Origin: Planctomycetota bacterium
Lineage (GTDB): Bacteria; Planctomycetota; UBA8108; UBA1146
DNA length: 64,000 nucleotides
Reading direction: 5' to 3'
Assembly (NCBI GenBank): GCA_013911165.1
Contig: JACETR010000002.1
Span: forward strand, 71-64,070
Both the position numbers and the translations under genes were made by a program. This document shows positions 62,201 through 64,000 of the stretch, piece by piece; positions within the stretch are counted from its first letter, which is position 1; every line of letters starts with the position of its first letter. The notes beneath the pieces were generated by a model, which was given only the letters and a program-made list of their open reading frames with translations, ran no database searches and had not been told where the DNA came from.

Positions 62201-62687
62201 GATTTTCCACCGATTGGGAATTTCCGGAGTTCAGCTTACTACAGGTGCTCACCAGGACTTTCATCGTCCGAGTGATACCGCTGAGAAGATCAACGGCGAT
62301 GGTCTCGTTCTGGTCTATCAATGGCTCAATGAGACCTTGGGGTATCTCGGAAACAGGGTCGAACCCCTGACCTCGACCTTGGGGAAGGGTGAAACACAAA
62401 CCGCACCTCGGTCGAGTAGTAGTCGAAAAGTTTATTTGGGAACGGTGCCTGATTTTGCAGACACGGGACCTGGAGTGCGATTTGACAGTGTAATGCCAGA
62501 ATCTCCTGCAGAAGAAGCGGGCTTGAGAACGGGTGATCGGCTTTTGAAGTTGAACGATGAAGCGGTGGTTGATCTGAGAATGTATTCTCAAATCTTGAAA
62601 AACCTGGAACCCGGAATTGAAGTCGTGATGGAAATTCAGCGAAATGAAAAGGTGATGGAAATCCGCCTGATTCCTACAAAAAGATAA
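59286..62687 (+). CDS. Multidomain secreted peptidase: M1-like gluzincin domain + M28 (aminopeptidase) domain + C-terminal PDZ
   Basis: HEILHDYWGN...NWCEGLTAYMADH (HExxH...E). VVVMAHLDHLG, GADDNASGVAVMVEVARKM, FVATSGEEWGLKGS (M28 metal ligands). C-terminal GDRLLKLNDEAVVDL PDZ. Probable signal peptide if the start is GTG 59379 (LLPWLLAVMCLSPSSHS). Confidence 0.7.
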   Translation: MGECSGTESKGRAEPESRFGSLWKPLKGGRFVLLPWLLAVMCLSPSSHSETLWHTRAEIELQPEKGHISWMVELSPAGAEAPGVLKEALEFDLHSGLEVDPPEFGTLTRVSEGPRDHDPGIDPRPEITRNRWLWTPPVEGAPFRLSAKGVIQEDRQEVGSGSSRSFSSTAGTIEEQGVFLAGSSAWIPQPVGEMVTFDLRVSLPAGWDAVSQGKREEHSRTDQGTSVHWKCDSPQEEIYLVAARFFEYTDRIDNVELMAFLREDDSALASRYLEASQQYIRMYSDMLGPYPQPKFALVENFWETGYGMPSFTLLGPQVIRLPFILRSSYPHEILHDYWGNSVYVDVDSGNWCEGLTAYMADHLMKEVDGLGHEYRRDVLRKYGSYVQEGQDFPLIEFRSRHSGATEAVGYGKSLMLWHMIRRELGDEPFLQGLSDFYQRFRYKRASFSDLANCLQEASAADDWDLPKFVEHWTTNSGAPRFKMQFVLGSQSSEITLEQVQEESPFPLRVPVYFKTLNSDQWQMSAVEFPLVKDVPRRVTVDLGPGVVSARIDPYFDVFRKLEPEETPPTLGDIFGTDQGLIVLPQNSADLVLWKEVATQWARTGNFEVIEDNDPDADAKIEATKALWFFGSESVRAEEEFETAPTIPEEEYNAEEVAGIRVHQAQGRVVGWITSPVSEAIPGLGRKLPHYGKYSYLAFKGSEPSNFIKGQWPATGSALSMSLLDTPPSMSIPERTPLGKPGQLLDPEKMLSHIRLLTAPEMEGRGNGSEGLARAVQWIGDRFKEMGLEPAAPDGSYIDRWSVTDDQGKELQLENVLGMIPGTDPALSQKPVVVMAHLDHLGRGWPDVRAGNEGKLHPGADDNASGVAVMVEVARKMKRTVRPQRPILFVATSGEEWGLKGSQRLVSGGCVIPLVESLTAISIDAVGRYQDGSLLVLGAGTATEWVHIVRGVGFTTGIKATSVNEDPGGSDHVIFHRLGISGVQLTTGAHQDFHRPSDTAEKINGDGLVLVYQWLNETLGYLGNRVEPLTSTLGKGETQTAPRSSSSRKVYLGTVPDFADTGPGVRFDSVMPESPAEEAGLRTGDRLLKLNDEAVVDLRMYSQILKNLEPGIEVVMEIQRNEKVMEIRLIPTKR

Positions 62688-62771
62688 CTAGCAATCCTTG
62701 TTTGTTTTTGAGGTATGATCACGCTACGACAGTGAAAAATCTCATTCTTTGCTTTCGAGAAAGTTGTTGTA

Positions 62772-63422
62772 GTGGTCAGTGTGTATGACATCAAACCTGC
62801 ATTTCAGGGATTGCTTCGGCCCGTGGTCAAATGGCTTGCTCGGTTAGGTGTGACAGCCAATCAGGTGACTCTTGCAGCAGTTTTACTGTCCTTCGGGGCG
62901 GGATTATGGCTTGCCATAGACCGTGGTACCGGCGCCACTCTCCCAGGTTTGACAGACCCTGAATCTGAATCTATTCCCAGAATCCTGTTAATGATTCCCT
63001 TGGTGCTCTTTGTTCGAATGGCCCTCAATGCCATCGACGGGATGCTCGCACGGGAGCACGATATGAAATCCCGTTTGGGAGCGGTGCTCAATGAGATGGG
63101 GGATGTGGTCTCCGATGTGGCTTTGTATCTGCCATTGGTGTGGATCGTCGGATTTGATGAAAGAGCTGTAATTTTACTGGTCATACTCGGAATCATTGTG
63201 GAGATGTCCGGGGTCGTCTCAGTTCAGATCGGCTCCAGTCGCCGATATGATGGACCAATGGGGAAAAGTGATCGAGCGTTTGTTTTAGGAGCTCTTTGTC
63301 TGTTGCTGGGACTGGGTGTTCCAGCAGGTGAGTGGGTCAGTTACCTCCTATGGGGAATTGTGCTACTGGAAGGTGTGACAGTTTTCCAGAGATCTCGGAA
63401 GGGGTTGGCTGAATGCAATTGA
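62772..63422 (+). CDS. CDP-alcohol phosphatidyltransferase family protein
   Basis: GTG start. RLGVTANQVTLAAVLLSFGAGLWLA and D-G-x2-AR-x8-G motif (ALNAIDGMLAREHDMKSRLGAVLNEMGDVVSD). Confidence 0.75.
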   Translation: MVSVYDIKPAFQGLLRPVVKWLARLGVTANQVTLAAVLLSFGAGLWLAIDRGTGATLPGLTDPESESIPRILLMIPLVLFVRMALNAIDGMLAREHDMKSRLGAVLNEMGDVVSDVALYLPLVWIVGFDERAVILLVILGIIVEMSGVVSVQIGSSRRYDGPMGKSDRAFVLGALCLLLGLGVPAGEWVSYLLWGIVLLEGVTVFQRSRKGLAECN

Positions 63423-64000
63423 TTGAGCAACTGCTGAGCCATCCCCAGCCCGTAAAATGGGCATTTTTGATTATTTACGGGCTCATCATTCTTGGGACGA
63501 TTTACATTTTTTTGCAGAAAAAAATCAATCCACAAAAAGACTTGGGTGACGTACCCCCAAGACTGAAGACATGGTTCTATATCGTCTCATTTTTGTATGT
63601 CGCATTGGCAGTGGAAGAACACATCGCGCTCTGGTTTTTTGGATTGATCAGTTTTCTGGCACTCAAAGAGTTTTTGTCGATGATTCCAACGAGGCGTGCA
63701 GACCGGAGAATGCTGTTTTGGGCATATCTTTCTTTACCACTTCAGTACTATTGGATTCACATCGAATGGTATGAAGTCTTCATTATTTTCATTCCGGTTT
63801 ATATGTTTCTTTTATTACCCGTAAGACTGGTGTTGGTGGGTGAAACCGAGGGTTTTTTGAGATCTGTAGGCATCACCCAATGGGGTTTGATGACTTGTGT
63901 CTTTGGTTTTAGTCATTTGGCAAATCTGGGTAGGTTGACCGGAGAGTTTTGTGGACCTGCCGGCGGCAGTGGTCTTGTCTTGTATTTATTGTTGCTGACC
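63414..64000 (+). CDS. cdsA: Membrane protein, probable phosphatidate cytidylyltransferase (CdsA family), 5' fragment; 3' end outside window
   Basis: ATG 63414 overlaps the upstream gene by 8 nt. Frame is open to the window end. Several hydrophobic helices and a LKEFLSM segment resembling CdsA. AT-richer than the rest of the window. Confidence 0.45.

Noticed and set aside
63400-64000. Drop in GC content at the end of the window
   Set aside because: Coincides with an integral membrane protein rich in Phe/Ile/Leu/Lys codons and a continuous ORF. No tRNA, integrase or repeat boundary, so it was not called a horizontally acquired island.

Overview
GC-rich chromosomal segment, very probably from a Planctomycetes-type genome. 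The evidence for that is the paired PSCyt/DUF1549/DUF1553 (PSD1) and twin-arginine DUF1501 genes, four secreted proteins ending in tandem dockerin-like calcium-binding repeats, and frequent start/stop overlaps in operons. No tRNA, rRNA, CRISPR array, transposase or integrase was recognised; the window looks like core/metabolic chromosome.

Main content, in order:
- 2-3097: MoeB/ThiF 3' fragment and two dockerin-bearing secreted proteins.
- 3112-7640: PSD1 + DUF1501 pair.
- 8606-14249: a complete eukaryote-like kynurenine pathway operon (HAAO, ACMSD, kynureninase, KMO, TDO, kynurenine formamidase).
- 16380-19126: convergent minus-strand trio that would continue the pathway (RidA-family deaminase candidate, aldehyde dehydrogenase, SDR).
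- 19241-26660: FG-GAP/dockerin protein, topA with a lysine-rich repeat tail, fpg, eukaryotic-type NADP isocitrate dehydrogenase.
- 26741-37785: a full trans-4-hydroxy-L-proline catabolic island (epimerase, FAD subunit, fused 2Fe-2S/FAD subunit, DapA-like deaminase, alpha-ketoglutarate-semialdehyde dehydrogenase, EamA exporter-type transporter). A type II ABC importer with fused ATPase-permease and a GT1 glycosyltransferase are embedded in it.
- 37779-43745: zinc-ribbon protein, clpC, TPR protein with an HExxH motif.
- 44019-51403: F1Fo ATP synthase operon (atpZ-like, atpI, B, E, F, H, A, G, D, truncated C).
- 51687-53450: dockerin protein with an internal ~214-aa duplication.
- 53623-56765: a RadC-like JAB domain fused to a DinG helicase, translationally coupled to a MobA/MocA-like nucleotidyltransferase.
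- 56779-62687: Ser/Thr kinase divergent from a 1133-aa M1-like + M28 + PDZ multidomain peptidase.
- 62772-64000: CDP-alcohol phosphatidyltransferase and a 5' fragment of a CdsA-like gene.

All assignments come from reading the supplied translations against remembered family motifs. No database search was run. Note one local inconsistency: around 35279-35284 the printed sequence and the ORF-track translations disagree by one base; coordinates follow the ORF track.
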